Positions 28,603-40,245 are shown, numbered from the whole stretch's first letter. The stretch is 63,473 bases of DNA, filler included, from Octopus bimaculoides (GCF_001194135.2; 6 parts of 5 records of this genome joined end to end with filler, not necessarily neighbours in it), one strand, 5' to 3'. Translations and numbers: made by a program. The notes: a model not told the origin generated them from the letters alone.

Positions 28603-30345
28603 CATGAAGAGAGTCATAGCCCATCTCATTAGGGAGAGAGTCTGCTTAGATGAGATGCAGTTCAGTTTTGTGCCAAGTAGAAGCACCACTGATGCCATAT
28701 TCCTGGTTTGATAACTGCAGGAGAAATACCTAGCCAAAGATAGACCCCTATACTTAGCTTTTGTGGACTTGGAGAAGGCCTTTGACAGGGTCCCCCGATC
28801 CCTTATCTGGTGGGTGATGCAGAAACTGGGGATTGACGAATGGTTAATAAGGGCTGTACAAGCCCTATACAAAGAGGCCGTTACTAAGGTTAGAATTAGC
28901 AATGAGTGTAGTGAAGAATTCTGGGTAGAAATAGGGGTCCACCAAGGTTCAGCCCTCAGTCACCTTTATTCATCATAGTCCTCCATGCAATAACAGAGGA
29001 ATTCAAGACAGGTTGCCCCTGGGAGCTCCTCTATGCTGATGACCTGGCCCTCTTAGCAGAATCACTACCAGAGCTAGAGAGGAAATTTCAGGCGTGGAAG
29101 CAAGGTTTATAATCAAAAGGACTTAGAATCAATATTGCAAAGACCAAAGTTCTAGTAAGTAGGAAGGTAAACACATCACACACCCTTTCAGGTAGGTGGC
29201 CCTGCTTGATCTGTAGAAAAGCTGTAGGTAGAAACTCCATAAGATGTACCCAGTGTAAGCTATGGACACATAAGAGGTGCAGCAACATTAAAGGGAGATT
29301 AACCGGTAAGATAGCTTTCATGTGCAGCAGATGCACAGGGGCAATAAACACCACAGATGCTCAGAAAACAGATTCCATCACATGCCAGGAGAAGAAACTA
29401 GAAGTAGTTGATAGCTTCCGCACCTGGGTGACCAAGTCTGTAGTGGGGGTGGATGCTCAGAGATTGTTACCACTAGAATGAGAATAGTCTGGGCAAAGTT
29501 TAGAAAGCTTCTACCCCTACTGGTGACAAAGGGCCTGTCACTTAGAGTGAAAGGTAGATTGTACGATGCATGTGTACTAACTGCCATGCTTCACAGCAGT
29601 GAAACATGGGCCATGATTGCTGAGGACATGCGTAGGCTTGAAAGAAATGAAGCTAGCATGATCCGCTGGATGTGTAATGTCAGTGTGCACACACAACAGA
29701 GTGTAAGCACCCTGAGAGAAATGTTGGACATAAGAAGCATAGGATGTGGTGTGCAAGAGAGACGTTTGCACTGGTATGGTCATGTACTAAGGATGGATAA
29801 ACAGAGCTATGTGAAGAAGTGCCTCCCAAACAGTTGAAGGAATCTGAGGTAAAGGTAGACCCAGGAAGACATGGGATAAGTTGGTGAAGCATGACCTTCA
29901 AACGTTGGGCCTCACTGAGGCAATGACGAAAGACTGAGACCTCTGGAGATATGCTGTGACTGCGAAGACCCGGTAAATAAAGTGAGTTCATGGCTGTATC
30001 CTACACCAGTTTCGCATAACCAGCCCCAGCCCATTCAAAAGTACCTTGCATCATAGCACGACATGCTGTGCTTGAGGAGAACTATTGAGTCAAGTATATC
30101 AACATCAAAATGAAAATCAAATGGAAATTGTAGTTGTGATCCCTGTGCTGGTGGCACATAAAAAGCACCAACCGATTGTGGTTGTTAGCAGCCTCCTCTG
30201 GCCCCTGTGCTGGTGGCACGTAAAAAGCAGCCACTACACTTTCAGAGTGGTTAGCGTTAGGAAGGGCATTCAACTGTAGAAACACTGCCAGATCATACTG
30301 GAGCCTGGTGGAGCCTCCTGGCTTCCCAGACCCCAATTGAACCGT
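28603..30345 (+). mobile_element. RTE-clade LINE, 5'-truncated and degenerate (RT + embedded PHD finger + C-terminus + 3' UTR)
   Basis: Reads MQF.FVP.RSTTDAIF, FVDLEKAFDRVPR, GVHQGSALS, YADD (29032-29043), KTKVLV, RIVWAKF, RRLHWYGHVLRM, GRPRKTW across several stops and frameshifts, followed by the RTE-type 3' UTR. Confidence 0.92.
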
Positions 30346-30595
30346 CTTCTTGAGTTAATACTGCAATTTTATGAACACCTTACAATCTTGTGTCTTTTAC
30401 TTGTTTCAGTCATTAGACTGGGGCACCACCTTGAAGAATTTTTAGTCAAATGAAACAAACTCTGGTACTTATCTTTTTGTTGAGCCTGGTACTTATTCTA
30501 TTGGTCTCTTTTGCTAAACCACTAAGCTATGGGGATGTAAACACACCAACACCGGTTGTCAAGTGGTATTTGGTTGTCATAGATATATATATATA

Positions 30596-31069
30596 TAGGG
30601 GTTGAACAAAATAATGGAAACACTTTAAAATTTCAAACAAATTTATTTTAATATGGGGTAGGACTGCCTTTGACAGTAATTACAGCTTGAATTCTATGAG
30701 GTATGAACTCGTACAAAATTTGAATTGTTTCAAAAGGAATTCTTGTCCATTCTTCAGCTAAAACAGTTTCCAATTCTTGTAGTGATGATGGTGAAGGATA
30801 TCGACTCCTTACTTATTTTTCTGAAATGCACCATAAACGTTCAACAATATTGAGATCTGGGGACTGTGGTGGCCAGATAAGATGTTCAACTTCACTAGAA
30901 TGTTCCTCGTGCCATTCAGTAACAACTTTAGTCATGTGAATTGGTGCACTATCATCCTGAAAGACTGCGCTTCCTTCTGGAAACATTTCCGCAACTATAG
31001 AATTAATTTGATCAGATAAAATGCTTAGTCTTGACTATTAATTCTGCCATGAAGGGAAACCATTGGGCC
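30596..31069 (-). mobile_element. Tc1-like DNA transposon 3' half (DD36E spacing), with right TIR; 5' half lost in the N gap
   Basis: Minus strand reads AVFQDDSAPIH...WPPQSPDLNIVERLW...IQAVITVKGSPTPY*, with a stop and a small deletion. TIR-like end tagggGTTGAACAAAATAATGGAAACAC next to a TA run. Confidence 0.85.
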
Positions 31070-31583
31070 NNNNNNNNNNNNNNNNNNNNNNNNNNNNNNN
31101 NNNNNNNNNNNNNNNNNNNNNNNNNNNNNNNNNNNNNNNNNNNNNNNNNNNNNNNNNNNNNNNNNNNNNNNNNNNNNNNNNNNNNNNNNNNNNNNNNNNN
31201 NNNNNNNNNNNNNNNNNNNNNNNNNNNNNNNNNNNNNNNNNNNNNNNNNNNNNNNNNNNNNNNNNNNNNNNNNNNNNNNNNNNNNNNNNNNNNNNNNNNN
31301 NNNNNNNNNNNNNNNNNNNNNNNNNNNNNNNNNNNNNNNNNNNNNNNNNNNNNNNNNNNNNNNNNNNNNNNNNNNNNNNNNNNNNNNNNNNNNNNNNNNN
31401 NNNNNNNNNNNNNNNNNNNNNNNNNNNNNNNNNNNNNNNNNNNNNNNNNNNNNNNNNNNNNNNNNNNNNNNNNNNNNNNNNNNNNNNNNNNNNNNNNNNN
31501 NNNNNNNNNNNNNNNNNNNNNNNNNNNNNNNNNNNNNNNNNNNNNNNNNNNNNNNNNNNNNNNNNNNNNNNNNNNNNNNNNNN

Positions 31584-31820
31584 GGCACATAAAAGACACC
31601 ATTTCGAGCGTGGCCGTTTTCGTGCGGGTGACACGTAAAAGCACCCACTACACTCTCTGAGTGGTTGGCGTTAGGAAGGGCATCCAGCTGTAGAAACTCT
31701 GCCAAATTAGATTGGAGCCTGGTGTTGCCATCCGGTTTCACCAGTCCTCAGTCAAATCGTCCAACCCATGCTAGCATGGAAAGCGGACATTAAACGATGA
31801 TGATGATGATGATGATGATG
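31584..31820 (+). mobile_element. RTE 3' end (young copy) with (GAT)n tail
   Basis: Same 3' UTR motif as at 30200-30345 (GTGGTTGGCGTTAGGAAGGGCATCCAGCTGTAGAAA...), ending AAACGATGATGATG. Confidence 0.85.
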
Positions 31821-32099
31821 TACCTCTAAGCTCATCTCTGGCAGTGTATTTCCTGCAGACTATCCACACTTCACATTACCTGTGCTACCTCCTTTTGTCT
31901 CCACCTTATTCCCTACAAAACTGATACTCATCACAGACCATACCTGAAATAACTGTTCATCTCTGTTTCCACTATTCTATTTTCAAACTCTTGCAGACTG
32001 AACAACCTTTTCACATTTTCCAATTCTCTGGACCAATTTTCTTATATTTTCCTTCCTGTAGCTTGGAGGTATACCGACAGCACTTCACCAGCATCTTTT

Positions 32100-32427
32100 T
32101 GTTTTTGTTTTTTTTTCTTTTTCAACGGCAGTGCCCCTGTATCTCCCCTACTGCAAGACACCTGTTCTTGTCTCTCTACCTACTTTAGCCTTTCATCACC
32201 TGGTATAAGGCAATCTTTCTCATACTACACCCCTTCAGTTAAAGCAGCTTGTCTTGCAACTTACATTGCAGCCTCACTAGTGCCAATACCACTCAAAAAG
32301 AAAGCACCCTGTATGCTCTGTGAAGTGGTTGGCAGTAGGTGGAGCTTGACACAGTCCTCTGGTTCATCAGCTTCTATCAAACCATCCACCCATGCCAGCA
32401 TGGAAAACATTAAACAATGATGATGAT
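32100..32427 (+). mobile_element. Older, diverged RTE 3' UTR fragment
   Basis: Diverged match to the RTE 3' motif, ending CCATGCCAGCATGGAAAACATTAAACAATGATGATGAT. Confidence 0.55.
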
Positions 32428-32776
32428 ATGTACATATTTGTGTGACTGTGTTTGTTTACATTTGAGCTTCTCCAAAAATATCAGTCATCTTTTAGAGGTG
32501 ATTTGCAATATTTTTTCTATCATTGGATTGTCTCTGGTTTTGCACCTTTGAAACATTAGCAATATGAAAGGCATCTGTCTGTAAAACAATGCCACAATAG
32601 TACATTTGTCTAATCCGTGCCACCATGTAAAATTGGAAATAAACAACAAATGAATAACACAAATAGCCTATTAAGCTATCATGAAAAAATTTCTTTTATG
32701 GTTTGTTTATTCTGAAAAAATGTCTTCATTACAAATATCAGTAGGATGATCTCCTACCAATGTACATAAATAGTAG

Positions 32777-32965
32777 CACCGGTGGCACATAAAAAGCACC
32801 CACTATACTCTCAGAGTGGTTGGCATTAGGAAGGGCGTCCAGCTGTAGAAGCTTTGCCAGATCAGATTGGAGCCTGGTGCAGCCTTCTGGCTTACCAACC
32901 CTTAGTTAAACCGTCCAAACTATGCCAGCATGGAAAGTGGACGTTAAACAACGACAATGATGAAG
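32777..32965 (+). mobile_element. RTE 3' end fragment
   Basis: GGTGGCACATAAAAAGCACCCACTATACTCTCAGAGTGG...CCAGCATGGAAAGTGGACGTTAAAC plus a short tail. Confidence 0.8.
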
Positions 32966-33111
32966 AGGTGGTTATCACACTATAATATCATCTATAACTT
33001 TCAACAACATATTCTTTTTATTGAATGACTTGTCATTGATACTGTTATTCTTCAGTGCAACAAAGACTGTTAAGTTTATTCATTACAGAGAATTATTTAC
33101 TACAGATTCAG

Positions 33112-33873
33112 TTATATGACTTTTCCTCTTGTGTGAATATATGTGTGTTTAGTTAAAGTATATCTCTGTGCAAATGATTTACCACAAATATCACAATGAT
33201 ATGGTTTCTCTCCTGTATGAATACGTTTGTGGCTAATTAAGTGACTTCTTTGAGAGAATGATTTACCACAGATATCACAAGAATATGGTTTTTCTGCTGT
33301 GTGGATGCGTTTATGAGTAGTTAAGTTCCTTACTTCAGAAAATGATTTACCACAGATGTCACAGTGATATGGCTTCTCTCCTGTATGAATGCTTCTGTGA
33401 GTAGTCAAGTGATGATTTCGAGTGAATGATTTACCACAGATATCACAACGATATGGTTTCTCTCCTGTATGAGTACGTTTATGTACGGTAACTTGACTAC
33501 TCTGTGAGAAAGATATACCACAGATATCACAGTGATATGGTTTCTCTCCTGTATGAATACGTTTGTGTATAGTTAATTGACAGCTCTGTGTGAATGATTT
33601 ACCACAAATTTCACAGTGATATGGTTTCTCTCCTGTGTGAATGTGCTTGTGAGTGGTTAAGTAACTTGTTTGTGAGAATGATTTACCACAGATATCACAG
33701 TGATAAGGTTTTTCACCAGTATGAATACGTTTGTGTGTAATTAGGTGAGCCTTTTGTGAGAATGATTTTTTACAGATATCACAGGTATATGCTTTCAGCA
33801 TCTCATCAGAAAAATGCAACTTTTCTGTTTGCATTTTACACGTAACCTGCTTCTCTTTCATAATTTTTCTCAT
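33112..33873 (-). CDS. C2H2 (Kruppel-type) zinc-finger protein, 8 tandem fingers, about 253 aa from the first in-frame ATG
   Basis: Uninterrupted ORF with 8 x C-x2-C-x12-H-x3-H and TGEKPY linkers. Splice-acceptor-like tattatttcAG at 34235 upstream. AATAAA on the minus strand at 33075-33080, just after the stop. The true start is uncertain. Confidence 0.9.
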   Translation of the reverse strand: MRKIMKEKQVTCKMQTEKLHFSDEMLKAYTCDICKKSFSQKAHLITHKRIHTGEKPYHCDICGKSFSQTSYLTTHKHIHTGEKPYHCEICGKSFTQSCQLTIHKRIHTGEKPYHCDICGISFSQSSQVTVHKRTHTGEKPYRCDICGKSFTRNHHLTTHRSIHTGEKPYHCDICGKSFSEVRNLTTHKRIHTAEKPYSCDICGKSFSQRSHLISHKRIHTGEKPYHCDICGKSFAQRYTLTKHTYIHTRGKVI

Positions 33874-35110
33874 CCTCAACACAATATACAGATGTTTGTT
33901 TTCTTCTCTTTGTATATTATATTCTTAATAAACCTTTCGACTGCCAAATCTCCATCAACTGATTTTTTGTCAATATCTAAAGATGCTGCAAATCTCTTTG
34001 TAAATTCATCCAAATTTAATTACAAATCAAAAAAACATCATTGTGTGCACATTTCAAACATATCAGACAAATTTTGCAAATAATTTCAGTCAGACGAAAT
34101 ATTTTACAGTAATCCTGCCATGGATATCCAGAGTCATATCTATTTGTATATCTTCCTATAATTCTTGCATGATGATAAATATTGATGATGTGTCTAGAGT
34201 AAAAAATTCTCTTGTGCTGATATCATTCGATATTCTGAAATAATAGAGAGATAGGATATTATATAGTAGATACTAAAGAAGGTACAGACACAACTGTGAA
34301 AATTATAATTTTTGTAAATATAAACTTGGGGTATAAATTTTTACCTGAACAAATGAACTTTACTTTAATGACTTGTTGGTTGCAAGCCAATTGGTAAGTT
34401 ATCACAAAGAAAATCAACTCTTTTTTTGAAACATCTTAACCCTTTAGTATTCAGATTTCTCTGTAAAATCTAATGCTTTTTTATTAATTCACATTGTTTT
34501 GAATTAATCATGCATTATCTTGCATCCTTGAAATTTTGATGATGTGATTGTCTATTTTTAGAATGATATTGTAGGGTAGGTGTGAGAGGCTAGATCTGGC
34601 CAGCCTGAACATAAAAAAGGTATATTTTGGCTGGATATGGCTGGCTTAACTACTAAAGGGTTAAACCATGTGGTGATTATTAAATCTAGTTAATACTGAT
34701 TTTGGGCTGTTTCTTTGACTTTCCTTTGATAAGGATAGAAATCACTTACTTAATGAGAAGTTAAATCAATCCTCAAGTTACATATTCTTACAGTATGGTG
34801 GAAGTTGTGACAATCCCTGAGCCTGATTAATTTTTATAGAAAATTTAGTCCTTAATGTATTGAAGCTGTCAGCTCACAGAAATATTGCAAAGCTGAAAGT
34901 ATAGTGACTTAGATGCTACTATGTTAAACACTTTTGAAAGTCAAGAAACTGTTAGTCAACAATGTTATGTTAGTCATTCCATAAGCTACTGTTCCACTTT
35001 GCCTGCCAGTGGACGCTTCTGATGTCAGAGTTAAAGGAGTGTTGCAATGGTTAGAGAACGTCTGACAACCATTTTTCTTCATTAAATGCCTATAGCCATA
35101 AGAGAGCACA

Positions 35111-35320
35111 TACTCTTTTACTTGTTTCAGTCATTTGACTGCGGCCATGCTGGAGCACCGCCTTTAGTCGAGCAAATCGACCCCAGGACTTATTTTTTGT
35201 AAGCCTAGTACTTATTCTATCAATCTCTTTTGCCGAACTACTAAGCTACGGGGACGTAAACACACCAGCATCGGTTGTCAAGCGATGTTGGGGGGACAAA
35301 CAAATACACAAACATACACG

Positions 35321-35352
<32 letters not shown>

Positions 35353-35476
35353 CAACGGGCTTCTTTCGGTTTCCGTCTACCAAATCCACTCACAAGGCTT
35401 TGGTTGGCCCGAGGTGGGACTGAACCCAGAACCATGTGGTTGGTAAGCAAGCTACTTACCACACAGCCACTCCTAC
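35111..35476 (-). mobile_element. SINE family B, near full length
   Basis: Reverse complement of 1954-2362 with an internal deletion. Confidence 0.88.
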
Positions 35477-36379
35477 NNNNNNNNNNNNNNNNNNNNNNNN
35501 NNNNNNNNNNNNNNNNNNNNNNNNNNNNNNNNNNNNNNNNNNNNNNNNNNNNNNNNNNNNNNNNNNNNNNNNNNNNNNNNNNNNNNNNNNNNNNNNNNNN
35601 NNNNNNNNNNNNNNNNNNNNNNNNNNNNNNNNNNNNNNNNNNNNNNNNNNNNNNNNNNNNNNNNNNNNNNNNNNNNNNNNNNNNNNNNNNNNNNNNNNNN
35701 NNNNNNNNNNNNNNNNNNNNNNNNNNNNNNNNNNNNNNNNNNNNNNNNNNNNNNNNNNNNNNNNNNNNNNNNNNNNNNNNNNNNNNNNNNNNNNNNNNNN
35801 NNNNNNNNNNNNNNNNNNNNNNNNNNNNNNNNNNNNNNNNNNNNNNNNNNNNNNNNNNNNNNNNNNNNNNNNNNNNNNNNNNNNNNNNNNNNNNNNNNNN
35901 NNNNNNNNNNNNNNNNNNNNNNNNNNNNNNNNNNNNNNNNNNNNNNNNNNNNNNNNNNNNNNNNNNNNNNNNNNNNNNNNNNNNNNNNNNNNNNNNNNNN
36001 NNNNNNNNNNNNNNNNNNNNNATTTTTGTGTCGAAATGGGGTTACTGGATCGTGTGAATTATCCGAGTCCGCACCCCCACCTACCCCCGTCACAAAATTT
36101 TTTTTTTTTTAATAGTGTACTAGGTGTAAAATAATGTGTAGTAAACGAATATGAAGAAAAAATTTTCGCCGACGGACGGGAAAGTGGTAAGAGGACTCGG
36201 AACATTCCCGAGCGCGCATTTTCTTTCATATTAATTTACTACATGTTGTTGTACAGCTATTGCCTAATAGTTTAGTTTGACTCCTATTTCTCCACCTGTG
36301 GTTAAAACCAAATTTGGCAATAATGTGCACTGAACATCCTATTTTATCCAAGGATCTACCTGAATCACAAACTATCTTA

Positions 36380-36860
36380 TTTAAACAAATTCTGCAGTTT
36401 AGCATAAGCTTATTTAGCTGCTGTGTCACGCCTGACCACCACACACTCTGCTGTATATCTTTTTTGCGTATAACCAAACCATGATGATATTTTCGAAATT
36501 TATCAAAAATATCATTTCTTAATACTAAAGGAAAGACCAGTTTTGAGACTTTCAGTCAAAGGCTGCCCAGTATCATTAGGAAGGCATGTTCAGCCTCGTA
36601 CAGTTTTAATGTTCCCATACGTGTAGTGCAACTATTCATTCTGACACATCTGCATGACTGTAGAGCCCATGTTTTCTGTTTTCTGGTGCACTTTGAACAT
36701 TTTCAAGTAAGAAACAGTCTCTGGATGGGTCTTCTTAATATTGTCAACATAAGTATTTGTGCTCAGCACGACTTGTGTTGGTATCAAATATGTTTTTCTT
36801 TGCAGGTGCTTCCACCGGAAATGGGTGGTGTACCTTCGCCCAAAATCTAATTGTAACTGA
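36380..36860 (-). mobile_element. Gypsy LTR-retrotransposon pol fragment (integrase HHCC zinc-binding region)
   Basis: GTLKLYEAEHAFL...LVFPLVLRNDIFDKFRKYHHGLVIRKKDIQQSVWWSGVTQQLNKLMLNCRICL across frameshifts. Confidence 0.7.
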
Positions 36861-37428
36861 AATCCAATTAAGTTTTTTAAATTTGTCGTTAGCTTTTCTA
36901 TATTTGGAGGAAAAAATGTAGTTACGTAAAAATAAACACTTACGAGAATTCTTAGGAAAAGCCAAACATACCGAGTAGTGAAAGGGCAACTTTCGCTTGA
37001 AATATCGGAAATATCGTTATAGCCTCTAAAAGAAAACTTGTATGCTTAATATGCTCTTCAACACATTCTGACTCGAATAAATAAATCCATGAATAAGAAA
37101 ATATACAAAATACATGCATACATATATACACTTACATACATACACGTTTTCACGGAGAGATTCTTGTGTAGCTAAGCGAGAAGTATTGAGGTAATTACAG
37201 AACTGAAAGTATTACGGAAAATGCGAACGTCGAGAATATAATTTCTTTTTTTTTTCATGATTCAATTACTAACGAATAGATCTACGATCGAAAAATATCT
37301 ACAATAAAATTCTAATTGATAAATATAAATTTTTATTACAACAAAACACGCGGTTGAAGTGAATCTCGTGGTGTGAAGAATCAAAACAACACAAAGAGCG
37401 GGTGAAATGAAACACAACACAACATGCA

Positions 37429-37442
37429 GTTGTCATGGTAAC
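37429..37442. promoter_or_regulatory. Palindromic RFX X-box-like motif
   Basis: GTTGTCATGGTAAC fits the 14-bp X-box GTHNYYATRRNAAC. It lies in non-repeat-looking sequence between the minus-strand ZNF gene and the EVG1-like exon. Confidence 0.35.
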
Positions 37443-37699
37443 TAGCTGTTAGTGCTTCGTTGTCTGTTGATTAGCTAAAGTTATCCAAATTTTCCCAACT
37501 TTTATTCCAAATAACATCAGATTCTTTAATTTACGAGATAATGTAATTAGTTGAACGTAATCAAAATTCAGAACTGCATTGATATGCCGAAATTGAAAAC
37601 AATCTGAGCAAAATTAAAAGTGGAGCTGATTTTGTAATTGAAACTAACTAGATCATTCGCAGCTTTGTTGGTAGAGACGTTTGTTCCAGTTACAAATTT

Positions 37700-37832
37700 C
37701 GTACCAATTCTTGTGGGGTACTGGGGGTCCATGAACATGTTAAACCGACTGACCTTTCAATATCTTGGGGTCCATGGGAAAACTCATTTAAATAAATAGA
37801 GTTCTTGGTAGTGAAAAGGCTGGAACCACTGC
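37700..37832 (+). mobile_element. Possible hAT-type MITE right end
   Basis: GGGGTCCA subterminal motifs and terminal GAAAAGGCTGGAACCACTG; no left TIR found. Confidence 0.3.
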
Positions 37833-38074
37833 TGTAAAGGGACAATAAATCAAGTAAAGAAAGACAGCAATGACAGCTAAAAGTACATGTATAGTACACA
37901 GGATAAAACACGGACAGAAAAAGAACCATAAAGGGGAAAGGGTGTATCGGCACATTAGTGTTGGTGAATTTTGAGAAGCATTGAAGGATACAGTGTCCCA
38001 ACAGCGAGAAGTTCATGCAGAGCTTCAACAATTTTGAACGTGAAGAAATGTTTCCAATGCATTATTTATTTTAT

Positions 38075-38300
38075 AAGCAGATCCACATACTCGTTTCCAT
38101 TGTTCGACTGGCCAATTTTTATACTTTTGACAAAATGCCAAACGATCAGCAATATTTTTCAAGGTTAATCTCGATTTCCTTGAAAGTTTGTAGGATTTTG
38201 GTTAGGAACTTTGTCTTCTTGTGGTAGATCAGCTTGAATAGCTTCGGAAGACTTTCTGGGTAACTCTTTAGCGGCTAGAATGATAGCATTGTCCCGAGGA
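38075..38300 (-). mobile_element. Tc1 transposase N-terminal/HTH fragment
   Basis: PRDNAIILAAKELPRKSSEAIQA...KSRLTLKNIADRLAFCQKYKNWPVEQWKRV. Confidence 0.65.
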
Positions 38301-39513
38301 GGGGAGAAAAGAATTCCTGGAAAAGTCAGAGGAGGGGAGGAAAGACTTCCTGGAAAGGTCCAATGAGGGTGGAAGGGAATTCTGAGGAGCAGGAAGAAGG
38401 ACATACACACATACATACATACTTATATATATATATATATATATATATGACGGGCTTGAAGGTAGTGATGATGCTGGCTGGTGCGATTTTGTGGTTTGCT
38501 GGTGTGCCGAGAGAGATANNNNNNNNNNNNNNNNNNNNNNNNNNNNNNNNNNNNNNNNNNNNNNNNNNNNNNNNNNNNNNNNNNNNNNNNNNNNNNNNNN
38601 NNNNNNNNNNNNNNNNNNNNNNNNNNNNNNNNNNNNNNNNNNNNNNNNNNNNNNNNNNNNNNNNNNNNNNNNNNNNNNNNNNNNNNNNNNNNNNNNNNNN
38701 NNNNNNNNNNNNNNNNNNNNNNNNNNNNNNNNNNNNNNNNNNNNNNNNNNNNNNNNNNNNNNNNNNNNNNNNNNNNNNNNNNNNNNNNNNNNNNNNNNNN
38801 NNNNNNNNNGCCTTTCTCACACATCTTTTCGTCTGAAAATATTTCCTTTTTTTTTTTTAACCAAAAAGGCATCTCCCATGGTTTTTAAGTGCTTGGTGCC
38901 AAAATATTGGCCGAGATCGGTCCCGGGGTTAGGGTTAGGGTTAGTGAAAAAAATTATAAATTTACAAAAAATCTTTTCGTAGAAAGTAGTACCCCGCCCC
39001 CATCATTCAGAAGGCTGTGATGGTTATTAAAAAAAATTGGTAAAATACCCCGTCAAAACAAAGAAATCCCAACTTATGTGGGCATCCTGATCCGAAAATC
39101 TGCTAGATCAGATTAGAAAGAAAGAAAGAAAGGGTGGAGATTAAGTAGCAGAAAATGGCGAGTCAGTCGCGCATCGCGGACATATTCAAAGGCATTGCTG
39201 CAGAGAATGTCCAGCGACACCTGCTGCAACAGTCACCCCGACCTCGCGGGACTCATTTCTCAGACGAGCCGTAGTCGTGATATTTGCGGAGGGATTTATC
39301 TTATTAAAAAAAAGTTACAGACTATCAGCGAACATGTCAAAAACACAAACAAAATTAAGTGAAACCCTAAACGAGAGATACTGCTTAACCTGATGCTCAT
39401 CATTTTTTCCTCTCGGGTATTGTGTAGCCACGAAGGAAATTTGACTGCTATTTCTGCAAAATCATAGAATCATATAAATGTTCTTTCCTGCACTTCTTCG
39501 TGACGTGATCTTC

Positions 39514-39526
39514 GTCGCCTGGTAAC
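39514..39526 (+). promoter_or_regulatory. RFX X-box upstream of the EVG1-like ATG, with a CRE half-site TGACGT at 39501-39506
   Basis: GTCGCCTGGTAAC fits GTNRCC(N0-3)RGYAAC. Confidence 0.5.
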
Positions 39527-39558
39527 GTCTTGTCAACAATCAATCATAACCAAGCAAG

Positions 39559-39655
39559 ATGTCGGCTGACGTTCGCCAGAGCCGTGTAGCTAAAGGTGGC
39601 TTTTGGAGTTCGAAACCAAACACCTACAGTCCAGAAACACACCAGTTATTGAGAC
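39559..39655 (+). CDS. C22orf23: Probable first coding exon of a UPF0193 protein EVG1 homologue
   Basis: ATG 39559 gives MSADVRQSRVAKGGFWSSKPNTYSPETHQLLR + 1 nt, then donor GTTAGT at 39656. It resembles the recalled human EVG1 N-terminus [26 protein letters not shown](VMMKESKL). An X-box lies about 30 bp upstream. Later exons were not found in the window. Confidence 0.65.
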
Positions 39656-40112
39656 GTTAGTACAGTGCCTACATTTATAGCTTTCAGCAATCATTTTTAT
39701 TTATTAATTTCCGATATCGATGCATATGTATATTATGCTTGACGCACACGCTGTTCAACGCATATCTGTTTTTGCCTTTTAATATTTTGAACATTAAATA
39801 TACGTTCACTAATATGTATGTGCGTGTGTGTGTGCGTTCCAAAACACTATCAAAAGTGAAACTATTCAGCATTTTCTGCCCCAAAAATGTGTAACACATA
39901 CACAAATATATATACATGCACATAAACACATGCATACATACACAAATATACATAGATACACTAACACACACACACACACACACACACAAACAAGCGATTC
40001 AGCGGGAAAAAAAACAGGAAATAAAAAACTTTTTACGGAAATTGGCGAACAAATAGCTTCACTTTTGATAGACTTTCTCTGAAGAATATATATATATATA
40101 TATATATATTCA

Positions 40113-40212
40113 NNNNNNNNNNNNNNNNNNNNNNNNNNNNNNNNNNNNNNNNNNNNTTAATTAATTAANNNNNNNNNNNNNNNNNNNNNNNNNNNNNNNN
40201 NNNNNNNNNNNN
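40113..40212. other. Synthetic scaffold linker
   Basis: 44 N + TTAATTAATTAA + 44 N. Confidence 0.97.
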
Positions 40213-40245
40213 CAAAGGTGTTGAATAACTATTAACCTTTAATAC

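Noticed and set aside
36790-36850. Good-looking + strand acceptor ttttctttgcAG|GTGC
   Set aside because: It lies inside the antisense Gypsy fragment and reaches a stop within 14 codons.
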